NCBI GenBank assembly: GCA_016223045.1 | Contig: JACRPT010000004.1 | Location: 2,899-66,898 of the forward strand | DNA: 64,000 nt | DNA from: Candidatus Eiseniibacteriota bacterium | Lineage (GTDB): Bacteria; Eisenbacteria; RBG-16-71-46 | Reading direction: 5' to 3' | Part shown: positions 1 through 8,674 of the stretch, piece after piece | How positions within the stretch are numbered: the first letter of the stretch is position 1 | Layout: every line of letters starts with the position of its first letter | Position numbers and translations under genes: made by a program | The notes under the pieces: generated by a model | What the model saw: the letters and a program-made list of their open reading frames with translations, nothing else | Told to the model about the DNA's origin: nothing | Database searches by the model: none

Positions 1-37
1 CTGTGCCCGAAGCGCAGCGTGCGGCGCGGGGCGCCGC

Positions 38-1174
38 TCACGAGGCGCGGGCTCCCGTCGCGGCGATGGTGCGCTCGGCAGCCTGCTCCCAGACGAAGGC
101 GCGCAGCGCGGCGAGACCTTCGCCGGTGCGGGCCGAGACCAGGAACGCGCCGGGGAACTCGACCGCGAGCCCGGCGAGGGAGTCGCGGTCCGCGACCAGG
201 TCGGTCTTGTTGAACACAAGCACGGTGGGCCGCGGCGTCTCGAGCAGCTCCTCGAGCACGCCCTCGACGGCGCGCATCTGGCGGTGGAAGTCGGGATCCG
301 CCGCATCCACCACGTGGAGCAGCAGGTCGGCCTCGACCGCCTCGACCAGCGTGCTGTGGAACGAGGCGACCAGATGGTGCGGGAGCTTGCGGATGAAGCC
401 CACGGTGTCGGTGAGCAGCGCGCGCCGGCGCTCGGGGCTCACCATCTGGCGCGTGGTGGCGTCGAGCGTGGCGAACAGCCGGTCCTCGACGAACACCTGC
501 GCGCGCGTGAGCGCGTTGAACAGCGTGCTCTTGCCGGCGTTGGTGTAGCCCACCAGCGCGCCGCGGAACTCGCGGCGCCGCCGCCGGCGCTGGGTCTCGC
601 GCTCGCGCTCGACGCCCTGCAGCTCCTTCCTGAGCCGCGCGATGCGCTCGCGCACGATGCGGCGGTCGGTCTCGAGCTGGGTCTCGCCCGGGCCGCGCGT
701 GCCGATGCCGCCGGCCTGCCGCTCCAGGTGCCGCCACATGCCGGTGAGCCGCGGCAGCATGTACTGGAGCTGGGCCAGCTCGACCTGGAGCCGCGACTCG
801 CGGGTGCGCGCGCGGCGCGCGAAGATGTCGAGGATCAGCTCGGAGCGATCCACCACCTTGACGTCGAGCGCCTTCTCGAGGTTGCGCACCTGAGGCGGTG
901 AGAGGTCGTCGTTGAAAATCGCGAGGTCGGCCTCGAGCCCGCCCGCGAGCTCCTTGAGTTCCGTGAGCTTGCCCTTGCCGATGAAGTGCGGCGGGCTCAC
1001 CGCGCCGCGGCGCTGTACCAGGCTCCCCAGCACGCGCGCGCCCGCGGTGTCAGCGAGCCGTGCCAGCTCCTCGAGCGAGCGCGGCAGGTCCGCGCCGTCG
1101 CGTCCGGCGTGGCCGACCAGCACCGCGCGTTCGGCCCGCGGCGGGTTCGCGACCTCGTGGGTGGCGCCCTTCAT
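38..1174 (-). CDS. hflX: GTPase HflX
   Basis: 378-aa ORF with an ATG start. It has the HflX N-terminal domain and G-domain motifs (GYTNAGKST, DTVGF, NKTD). Coordinates taken from the ORF track. Confidence 0.85.
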   Translation of the reverse strand: MKGATHEVANPPRAERAVLVGHAGRDGADLPRSLEELARLADTAGARVLGSLVQRRGAVSPPHFIGKGKLTELKELAGGLEADLAIFNDDLSPPQVRNLEKALDVKVVDRSELILDIFARRARTRESRLQVELAQLQYMLPRLTGMWRHLERQAGGIGTRGPGETQLETDRRIVRERIARLRKELQGVERERETQRRRRRREFRGALVGYTNAGKSTLFNALTRAQVFVEDRLFATLDATTRQMVSPERRRALLTDTVGFIRKLPHHLVASFHSTLVEAVEADLLLHVVDAADPDFHRQMRAVEGVLEELLETPRPTVLVFNKTDLVADRDSLAGLAVEFPGAFLVSARTGEGLAALRAFVWEQAAERTIAATGARAS

Positions 1175-1260
1175 CCGCCGGGCTCGATCACGGCGCGTTC
1201 GGCCCGCGGCGGGTTCGCGACCTCGTAGGTGGCCTGGTTCATCCGCGTGGCTCGATCACC
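1125..1260. repeat. Tandem direct duplication, two units of about 68 bp at roughly 88% identity, covering the hflX start codon and its first 18 codons
   Basis: Unit A (1125-1192) and unit B (1193-1260) both read gcgcgttcggcccgcggcgggttcgcgacctcgt(g/a)ggtggc... Both encode M(K/N)(G/Q)AT(H/Y)EVANPPRAERAV. Unit B overlaps the 3' end of the upstream aminopeptidase gene. Confidence 0.7.
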
Positions 1261-2489
1261 AGCTCGTAGGGAGCGGGCGTGAGGTTCTCGACAGCGCCGT
1301 CGGCGCCCACCAGCACCAGGTCCTCGATGCGCACGCCCATCCCCTGCGACGGGTAGTAGAGACCGGGCTCCACGGTGATGACCATGCCGGGCGCGAGCGT
1401 CTGCTTGTTGGACGGCGGGCCGCCCAGGCGCGGCGCCTCGTGGACCGCGAGCCCCACGCCGTGGCCGAGCCCGTGCACGTAGCCGTCCTGCGTGGTCTCG
1501 CTGGTGCGCAGCGTGGCGTGGCCGCGCCGCTCGAACAGCTCCTGCACGCCTTCCTGGTACGCGCGGCACGGCCGGCCCACCGCGAGTGAGTCCAGCGCGC
1601 CGCGGAAGGCGTCGTGCACGTCATCGTAGAGGCGGCGCAGCGGGTCGGGGGCGCGGCCCATGCAGTAGGTGCGCGTCACGTCGGAGTGGTAGCCGCCGCC
1701 CGCCTCGCCGGGGAAGATGTCCACGATCACCGGCAGGCCGGCGGTGAGCGGCTCGGCGTCGTTGCCGCGGTTGTGCGGCACGCCGGCGTCGCGGCCCTGC
1801 GAGACGATGCTCTCGCCGTCCTCGGCCAGCCCGTGGGCGAGGAACTCGGTCTGGAGCAGCCGGCGCAGGTCGCCGAGCGTCGCGCGCGCCGCGCCGTCGG
1901 CGCGGAAGTGCTCGCCGTCGCGCCGGAGCCCGGCGAGGTACGTGCGCAGGCGCTCGAGCGCCGCGACCGTGCCGCGCGCCGCGCGGCGGATGGCAGCGAT
2001 CTCGGCCTCGTCCTTGGTGGTGCGCGCGACCGCGAGGATGTCCGGGCTGCCATCGTCCACCTTGAGCTCCGGGTCCAGCTCGAGCGCCCGGTTCAGCAGG
2101 GTGTGGGCGAAGCCCGCGGGGAGGTCGCCGAAGAACGCCACCGGGCCGCGGATGCCGAGCGTGGCGAGGGTCCCGGCCATCAGGCGGCCGAAGCCGCGCG
2201 CCGGATGGCCCTCCGCCTCGATGAGCTGGTTCACGCCGTGCTGCGCGAAGGAGGAGTGCTCGCAGCCGGCGAGCGCGGCCTGGTCGCGCTCCATCGGGTC
2301 GTGGATCAGGTGCGCGCGGCCGTCCGCGGCGCGGAAATACATCCCGTAGTGGAGCTTCTGCCCGGTGACGTAGTGCATCGCCAGGCTGTAGCGGTCGTGT
2401 GCGAACACCACCATGCCGGCGAGGCCGTGTTCCTGCATCAGGCGGTCGAGGTCGCTGCGCAATGTTCCTCCCTGAGAGATGGGCGCCAC
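1239..2489 (-). CDS. Xaa-Pro aminopeptidase / M24-family metallopeptidase
   Basis: 416 aa with the M24 'pita-bread' fold signatures: HGLGHGVGLAVHE, the metal-ligand pattern D...D...H...E...E, and VEPGLY. Confidence 0.8.
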   Translation of the reverse strand: MAPISQGGTLRSDLDRLMQEHGLAGMVVFAHDRYSLAMHYVTGQKLHYGMYFRAADGRAHLIHDPMERDQAALAGCEHSSFAQHGVNQLIEAEGHPARGFGRLMAGTLATLGIRGPVAFFGDLPAGFAHTLLNRALELDPELKVDDGSPDILAVARTTKDEAEIAAIRRAARGTVAALERLRTYLAGLRRDGEHFRADGAARATLGDLRRLLQTEFLAHGLAEDGESIVSQGRDAGVPHNRGNDAEPLTAGLPVIVDIFPGEAGGGYHSDVTRTYCMGRAPDPLRRLYDDVHDAFRGALDSLAVGRPCRAYQEGVQELFERRGHATLRTSETTQDGYVHGLGHGVGLAVHEAPRLGGPPSNKQTLAPGMVITVEPGLYYPSQGMGVRIEDLVLVGADGAVENLTPAPYELVIEPRG

Positions 2490-2771
2490 CCGGGCGCGGG
2501 CGACGATGCTAACGGTTCCGGTGGGATTGCGGAAGCAGGGGCGTCCTCCGGGCGCAATCGATGGGATGAAGCGGCCGGCCCGCGCGGGGTCGTGGATTCC
2601 CTATCGCGCGGAGCCTGCAGCACTGCGCGACCCGTCGGTCCGCCGTCGCGGCTGGGGACTTCCCGCGCGAGATGAGCGGAAGAACGCCGCGCCCCGCCCG
2701 CGCGCGGGAATGGCGAGGCCCGGAGCGTCGCCGCCCCGGGCCCGCCTGCGTGACCACTCGGGAGTGTCAGC

Positions 2772-5700
2772 TCAATGGAGCACGGTCACGCGCTTCGTGA
2801 ACACCCTCCCCGCGGCTTCGAGCCGCGCCCAGTAGAGGCCGGCGCCGAGCCGCGCGCCGTCCTCGCCCGTGCCGTCCCACGTCACCTCGTGACGTCCGGC
2901 GCCGTGGACGCCCTGCGCCAGCACGCGCACCCGCCGCCCGACCAGGTCGTAGAGCGCGAGCCGCGCCGCGCCGGCCTCAGCCAGCGTGAACGCGAGACGC
3001 GTGCGGTCCACCATCGGGTTGGGGGATGCGCCGGCGAAGTCGAGCGTGAAGCGCGTGTCACCGGCCGGGACGTCCACCGTGGAGACCGTGTTCCAGGCCA
3101 GGCTGTAGGTCAGCGCCAGCAGGTCGCTGCCCGAGTACCGGTAGACGACGATCGGGTGCCAGCCGGTCACGCTGGCCGCGAAGGCCAGCGTGTCGCGGGT
3201 GGACGAGATGGCGATCGAGCCCCCCGCGTACTCGCCGCGGTTGTAGATCCCGCCCCAGGCCCCGGAGAAGACCGCGAACGCCAGGTCGGCGCTCCCCGAG
3301 TTCCGCGTGAGCACGATGTGGTAGGTCGTGCCCGCGACGAAGTACCCCTCGTAGACATCGGTGATGCGGTTCACGCCGAGCGACTGGTTCGCGTAGACCA
3401 CCTCGCTCCCGGCTCCCGCGCGGCCGTAGGAGTCGCTCTGATCGGCGACCAGAGGCTGGCCGCCGCCGCCCGCCGAGTAGAGCACGGCCGCCGGGTACAC
3501 CGTGGTGGGTGTGCCCGAGTAGTGCCCGACCACGAAGTCCGTGAGGTTGCTGCCGTAGGCCGACGACTTGCGCAGGTTGCTGAATCCCGTCGTGCTGTTG
3601 GTGTAGTCGTCGTAGCAGTACATGTCGTAGTCGTCGCCCGACACGTTGCCCGCGCATCCCACCACCCAGGCATAGCCGGCGGTGCGGGTGAACTGCATGC
3701 CGTCGGCGTTGGGCTGGGCGTAGGGGCCGCGCGTGGGCGGCGCGCTGCGGATGATCGCGGTGTTCTTCGCGAGCACCAGCGGGCTCCACACCCACTGTCC
3801 GCTCCACAGGTTGTCGCTCTCGTTCGACTCGGCGAGCGCGGCATCGTAGTCGGCGTAGTCGGTGAGCTCGTGGCGCCCGCCGCGGACGGTGACGGGGCCG
3901 ATGTTGACGACCTGGCAGGTCGCCGGCCCGACTGCGCCCCAGACGCCCCAGGCCACGTACTCGTCCACGTCCAGGTAGATGCGGCTGCCGAACCCGGGGA
4001 CGGTGTTGGGCCCTTCCTGCTGGATCGCCCAGTTGAGCCAGGTGGAGTTGCTGTTCCCGTCCAGCGTGGACGTCAGCACCGCGTTCCCCAGCGCGGCGTC
4101 GCTCAGGTTCCGCGGCACCACCGGCGAGCTGAAGCCGCCCGGCGTCACCCCGGCGTTCAGGTTCGAGAGCGCCGGCCCCACGCTGATCGTGTAGTTGTTC
4201 GCCAGCGGCAGGTCGGTGGCGTTCCTCTTCCACACCACCAGCCCGTAGTAGCCGGTCGAGGGCGGCAGGTAATTGAAGCTCTCGTTGGTGCCGGCGCCGA
4301 TCACCTGGGACGTGCCCACATACTCACCCTTCGAGTAGTAGTCGCCGGTGGCGGCGTACAGGCTGATGTTGAGGTCCGCGGTGCCCGAGTCGTTGGTGAG
4401 CTTGAACGTGTACGTGATCGCCGTGCTGCCCAGGTACACCTCGTGCACCTTCACGATCTGGTTGGCGCTCATCGTGGCGCTGGTGGTGACGCTCGAGCCG
4501 TACGTGGTGGAGGGGAGGAGCGCCGAGCCGAGCCGTCCGCTGGCGGAGACGACGACGTTGGCTGCGCTGCCGGCCGAGTAGCGGTCCACGCCGATCCAGC
4601 GCGTGGCACCGTAGCCGACGCTCCCGTTGTTGCCGTTGAACAGCACGAAATCGGAATTCGTACTGCCGTAGGCGGATGTCTTGAGCGCCGTGGAGAAGCC
4701 GGCCGTGCTGCCGGTGTAGTCGTTGAAGAGCTGGACGTCGTAGTCGTCGCCGCTGGTCGTCGGGATGGTGGCGATGCAGCCCCACCAGTTGCCGGTGAAG
4801 GCGAACCCGTCGCAGTTCCTCGCGCCGAACGGACCCAGCACCGGCGGCGCGTTGCGCGTGACCGGCGTCTGGTCGGCGAGCGCGTACGGGCTCCATACGA
4901 ACTGCGTCTGGTAGGTGTTGTCCGACTCGTTGGACTCCACGATGTCGGAGTTGGTGTCCATCATGTTCTTGAGCGTGTGGCGCCCGCCGCGCACGTAGGT
5001 GCCGAGGTTGAGCCACAGCCCGAGCGTCGAGCCGGCGCCCCAGACGCCGCCCCAGTTCGTGTACCAGACCAGGTCGTCGTCCAGGTAGAGGCTGTTGTTG
5101 CCGTAGGGCGCCGCGCAGTCGCCGCCGGTGTTGGCCATCGCCTCGTTCAGGTAGACGGTGGCGTTGCCGTTGAGCGTGGCCGGCAGCGGCGCGTAGGCGC
5201 CGGTGGCGTCGTTGGTGTTGCGCGGCACCAGCGGCCCGTACCAGCCCCCCGGCGTGCCCGAAGTCAGGTTCGCGCGGCCGGTGTGGGAGTACAGGTACTC
5301 CGCGCCCTCGACGTCGTAGGGATCGAGCGTGCGCTTGGTGACGTCGCCGTTGGACGACCAGCCGTACATGGTCTTGTTCTGGTCGAACGTGCCGTAGAGG
5401 TCGAGGAACCCGATCGAGTGTCCCTCCTCGTGCGTCCCGATGTTCTGGACGTCCATCGAGCCGCCGGCGCCGGCGCAGCTCCAGGTGTAGTTCTGGGAGT
5501 TGAAGCTGATGTCGAACTCGATGTAGTCGCCCGAGACGATGTAGTAGCGCCAGTTGCACACGGCGATGGTGCCGGGGTCGCCCCACCCCGAGCTGACCCA
5601 GCCCAGCACGTTGATGCCGTCGGTGTGGTTCGAGGTGCCGGTCGCGGTGGTGCCCTGGTAGCTCGGGGCGATGCCCGAGGCGCAGGCCCACGTGTCGTAC

Positions 5701-6131
5701 CCGGCGCCCACGGCGCCGTAGGTCTCATTCACCGTGCAGCCCGGCGCGCCGTTCTGGTTGAGCCACCAGGTGAACGTGGCGCCCGACCACTGGCCGGCGC
5801 GCGAGAAGCTGATGTTGTGGTTGACGCCGTTGCTGAGGTTCCCGGCGCCGTGGCTCTGGACCTGGACGTTGCCGCTCCAGGTCCCGGGCACGCGGGCGAT
5901 GACCCAGCCGGCGCCGGCGGAATTCGGATTGACCCAGTTGCTGGTGCCGGGGAAGTACACCCGGTCATCCAGGGCGCCGAACCCGGTGCCGCTCACCGTC
6001 ACGGTGACGCCGGTGTTCGCCGCCGTGATGCTCGGCGCGACGGTGCTGATCACGGGGTCCGCGGACGCGGACACCGCGATCGAGACGAAGACCGCGGCCA
6101 TGGCCACGGCCCACGAGTTCAATCGCTTCAT
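2772..6131 (-). CDS. Secreted zinc metalloprotease (HEEGHSIGFLDLY; immune-inhibitor-A/M6-like) with two CARDB-like repeat modules of about 290 aa and a T9SS/Por-type C-terminal sorting domain
   Basis: N-terminal signal peptide, an HExxH zinc site, and two internally duplicated modules each containing ESNESDN (a CARDB-like motif). The C-terminal roughly 85 aa match the Por-secretion tail pattern (NP..., YDLVGRRV..L, GAGLYWARL, VTVL). Confidence 0.75.
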   Translation of the reverse strand: MKRLNSWAVAMAAVFVSIAVSASADPVISTVAPSITAANTGVTVTVSGTGFGALDDRVYFPGTSNWVNPNSAGAGWVIARVPGTWSGNVQVQSHGAGNLSNGVNHNISFSRAGQWSGATFTWWLNQNGAPGCTVNETYGAVGAGYDTWACASGIAPSYQGTTATGTSNHTDGINVLGWVSSGWGDPGTIAVCNWRYYIVSGDYIEFDISFNSQNYTWSCAGAGGSMDVQNIGTHEEGHSIGFLDLYGTFDQNKTMYGWSSNGDVTKRTLDPYDVEGAEYLYSHTGRANLTSGTPGGWYGPLVPRNTNDATGAYAPLPATLNGNATVYLNEAMANTGGDCAAPYGNNSLYLDDDLVWYTNWGGVWGAGSTLGLWLNLGTYVRGGRHTLKNMMDTNSDIVESNESDNTYQTQFVWSPYALADQTPVTRNAPPVLGPFGARNCDGFAFTGNWWGCIATIPTTSGDDYDVQLFNDYTGSTAGFSTALKTSAYGSTNSDFVLFNGNNGSVGYGATRWIGVDRYSAGSAANVVVSASGRLGSALLPSTTYGSSVTTSATMSANQIVKVHEVYLGSTAITYTFKLTNDSGTADLNISLYAATGDYYSKGEYVGTSQVIGAGTNESFNYLPPSTGYYGLVVWKRNATDLPLANNYTISVGPALSNLNAGVTPGGFSSPVVPRNLSDAALGNAVLTSTLDGNSNSTWLNWAIQQEGPNTVPGFGSRIYLDVDEYVAWGVWGAVGPATCQVVNIGPVTVRGGRHELTDYADYDAALAESNESDNLWSGQWVWSPLVLAKNTAIIRSAPPTRGPYAQPNADGMQFTRTAGYAWVVGCAGNVSGDDYDMYCYDDYTNSTTGFSNLRKSSAYGSNLTDFVVGHYSGTPTTVYPAAVLYSAGGGGQPLVADQSDSYGRAGAGSEVVYANQSLGVNRITDVYEGYFVAGTTYHIVLTRNSGSADLAFAVFSGAWGGIYNRGEYAGGSIAISSTRDTLAFAASVTGWHPIVVYRYSGSDLLALTYSLAWNTVSTVDVPAGDTRFTLDFAGASPNPMVDRTRLAFTLAEAGAARLALYDLVGRRVRVLAQGVHGAGRHEVTWDGTGEDGARLGAGLYWARLEAAGRVFTKRVTVLH

Positions 6132-6157
6132 GGCGGTCCTCCTCCTCGAGTGGGTGG

Positions 6158-6642
6158 TCAGTGGTCGCGGGACCTGGTCAGGCCGTTCACCGTCGCGCGC
6201 AGCGTGGCGAGCGGGAAGGCCTGCTGGCGGAAGCCCACGACGTGATCGCCGAGGACCGTGTACTTGCCCTGCTCGACCGCGTTGACGCGCAGCCGGGCGT
6301 TGGACGTCGCCTTCAGGAACAGCACGGTCTCCTCTCCGGGAGAGAAGACCGGCTGGTGCTCGGAGCGGATGCCGATGTCGCCGACCTCGCCACCCTCGAC
6401 CTGCAGCACGAGCGGGGCGCCGGCGGCGAGATCGCCCGCCCAGCTCTCCTCGATCGACAGGGTCACGTCGGTGACGATGGTGGAGTGGTCGGCGGTCCAG
6501 TGGCTCTCGAGGCCGGTCACCTTCGCGCGCACCACCGCGTCGGACGAGGTGATCAGCCGGTCGAGCGGGACCTCGACCATGAGGGCGAGCGCGGGCGACG
6601 CGACGGCGAGCATCGCCAGCGCGAGGATCGCGCGCTTCACGG
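6158..6642 (-). CDS. Small exported protein of unknown function (GTG start; signal peptide VKRAILALAMLAVASPALA)
   Basis: The C-terminal 161 codons of the 370-aa track ORF look protein-like. The upstream part of that ORF is low-complexity junk. A GGAAGGAAGGGGG ribosome-binding site lies upstream of the GTG. Confidence 0.5.
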
Positions 6643-7095
6643 CCGGCCCCCTTCCTTCCCCGGCTCGGGACGGGCGACGGTGCCGGGGGTCGCGGGCGGC
6701 GGGTTCAGGATGAGGTTGATCATGCGCTCGGCCTCGTGCGCCGCGGCGAGATCGCCGCGCTGGCGCGCGAACTGGACCTTGACGCGCAGGAACTGCAACT
6801 GGCCCTCGCGCTTGACCTGCTCGATCTTGCGCTCGAGCGCGCGCAGCGCGGGACCGTCGGGCAGGCCGGCCATGCTCTTCACGAGCGCTTCGACCTGGGC
6901 CTGGTTCTGCTCCTCGACTGCGAGCAGCGCCTTCTCCTCGGCGGTGAGCGGCGGGCGCGCGACGCGGGTCTCGCCACCTGCGGTCACGGCCTTGCCGGCC
7001 TCGGCCTTGACCTCGCCGTCGGCGCGCGCCGCGGCGGACAGCAGCAGGACCAGGGAGAGAGCGAGCAACGGAGCGAAAAAGGAGCGACGGGACAT
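6637..7095 (-). CDS. Small exported protein with coiled, charged repeats and a weak Spy/CpxP-like LTxxQ-type motif (LTAEEKAL)
   Basis: Internal ATG (MSRRSFFAPLLALSLVLLLSAAARA) with GGAGG 7 nt upstream. It overlaps the start of the downstream gene, suggesting a two-gene operon. Confidence 0.5.
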   Translation of the reverse strand: MSRRSFFAPLLALSLVLLLSAAARADGEVKAEAGKAVTAGGETRVARPPLTAEEKALLAVEEQNQAQVEALVKSMAGLPDGPALRALERKIEQVKREGQLQFLRVKVQFARQRGDLAAAHEAERMINLILNPPPATPGTVARPEPGKEGGRP

Positions 7096-7385
7096 GGGGA
7101 CCTCCGGGTCTGGAGAGGGGCGAACAGCCCTGGACGAGGGGACGGATGGATCGGGAGCGCCGGGCGGCGCGGGAGGCGGGCGTGCGGGCAAGCGGGCCAT
7201 CATGGCTGCTCCCGGGGAGCGGGTAAGAAAGCGGCACCGGCGCCCCGGCGTGCGCCGGGCCCCGGCGCACGGCTACCGGCGCGAGCGGCGCGCGCCGGGG
7301 TGACCGTCCTTGGTGACGGCAGGACGCTAGGCCCGACCGCTGCGGTGGTCAAGTGGAAGATGCGGCCGTGGAGAATGCCGCGGCC

Positions 7386-8114
7386 TCAGCGCACCCATGC
7401 CTGCGAGCGGCGAGAGCCGCCCAGCAGGCGCATCGCGAGCCAGCCGAAGGCGAAACCGCCGATGTGGGCCCACCAGGCGATGCCGCCGCCGGTCGAGCCC
7501 CCCAGCGCGCCCAGGCCGAGCACGAACTGGAGCACGAACCACAGGCCCAGCACCAGGAACGCCGGCAGTGCCACGATCTGGAAGAACGGGAAGAGCGGGA
7601 TCAGCGTGACGACGCGCGCGCGCGGGAACGCCACGGTGTACGCGCCGAGGACGCCCGCGATGGCGCCGCTCGCGCCCACGGTCGGCAGCTCCGAGGCGGA
7701 GTGGGTGAGGAAGTGCAGCAGCCCGGCTACCACGCCGCTCGCCAGGTAGAAGAGCAGGAAGCGCACGTGTCCGAGGCGGTCCTCGACGTTGTCGCCGAAG
7801 ATCCACAGGTACCACATGTTCCCGATCAGGTGGGACCAGCCGCCGTGCAGGAACATCGAGGTGAGCAGCGTGAGCCCTGCGGCCGCCACCGGCTCCTCGT
7901 GGAACCGCAGCGCGAGCGTGAGCCGCACCGGCACGAGACCCCAGCCGTAGACGAACGCGCGCAGGTCGGGTCCAAGCAGCGCCTGATAGAGGAACACGGC
8001 CGCGCTGAGCGCGATCAGCGCGCGCGAGACGAACGGCACGGTGGCGGACGGGTTGTCGCGGCGCGCGCGCCGGAGCGGGACGGCGGGCGGGTCGTGGTCG
8101 CGCAGCGGGATCAT
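7386..8114 (-). CDS. Rhomboid-family intramembrane serine protease
   Basis: HLIGNMWYLWIFG, the GASGAIAGVLGAY motif containing the catalytic Ser, and the AHIGGFAFG motif containing the catalytic His. Multiple predicted transmembrane segments. Confidence 0.8.
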   Translation of the reverse strand: MIPLRDHDPPAVPLRRARRDNPSATVPFVSRALIALSAAVFLYQALLGPDLRAFVYGWGLVPVRLTLALRFHEEPVAAAGLTLLTSMFLHGGWSHLIGNMWYLWIFGDNVEDRLGHVRFLLFYLASGVVAGLLHFLTHSASELPTVGASGAIAGVLGAYTVAFPRARVVTLIPLFPFFQIVALPAFLVLGLWFVLQFVLGLGALGGSTGGGIAWWAHIGGFAFGWLAMRLLGGSRRSQAWVR

Positions 8115-8291
8115 GACGGTGTCATGCGCCGTCGTGGCGCGCGCGCCGGAGCGGGACGGCGGACGAGTTGACGCTCGGCCGGGGGCTTCCTATCCTGCCG
8201 CAGACGATTCACGGGCCCCGCATCCTTTCCGCCCCGCCGGCATCCCAAGGGGCGGTCGTTCGGATACCGGAGTGTTGAAGGGGGTGTTGCG

Positions 8292-8615
8292 ATGGGAAAC
8301 GCGGTCGCCGTCACCGGCGAGAGCTTCGAGACCGAGGTGATCCAGTCCACGATACCGGTGCTGGTGGATTTCTGGGCTGCCTGGTGCGGACCGTGCCGCG
8401 CGGTCGCGCCCGCCATCGAGGAGATCGCGACCGAGTACCGGGGCAGGCTCAAGGTCGTCAAGCTGGACGTGGACGAGGACCAGGAAATCTCGATCCGCTA
8501 CGGGGTGCAGAGCATCCCCACGCTGCTGCTGTTCAAGGGCGGCCAGCCGGTCGAGCGGCTCGTCGGCAACTACCCGAAGCCGGCGATCCTGTCGAAGATC
8601 CAGGCGCACCTGTAG
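8292..8615 (+). CDS. trxA: Thioredoxin
   Basis: 107 aa with the WCGPC active site and typical TrxA length and sequence. Confidence 0.9.
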   Translation: MGNAVAVTGESFETEVIQSTIPVLVDFWAAWCGPCRAVAPAIEEIATEYRGRLKVVKLDVDEDQEISIRYGVQSIPTLLLFKGGQPVERLVGNYPKPAILSKIQAHL

Positions 8616-8643
8616 GACTCCCGCCTCCCGTCCGGCCCCGGCG

Positions 8644-8674
8644 CCGCTTCCGACGGCCCGCGCGTTCACCGCGC
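8644..8674. terminator. Candidate bidirectional GC-rich hairpin between the convergent trxA and nnr genes
   Basis: Perfect 13-bp inverted repeat gacggcccgcgcg / cgcgcgggccgtc around a 5-nt loop. There is no U-tract, which is usual in high-GC genomes. Confidence 0.4.

Noticed and set aside
2775-6245. 1,156-aa ORF on the + strand
   Set aside because: It is the antisense of the metalloprotease gene. It is Arg/Ala/Gly/Val-rich with no motifs, which is typical of opposite-strand ORFs in roughly 72% GC DNA.
6158-7270. Single 370-aa protein
   Set aside because: The middle is Arg/Gly/Pro junk. It is better explained as two small secreted-protein genes in different frames.
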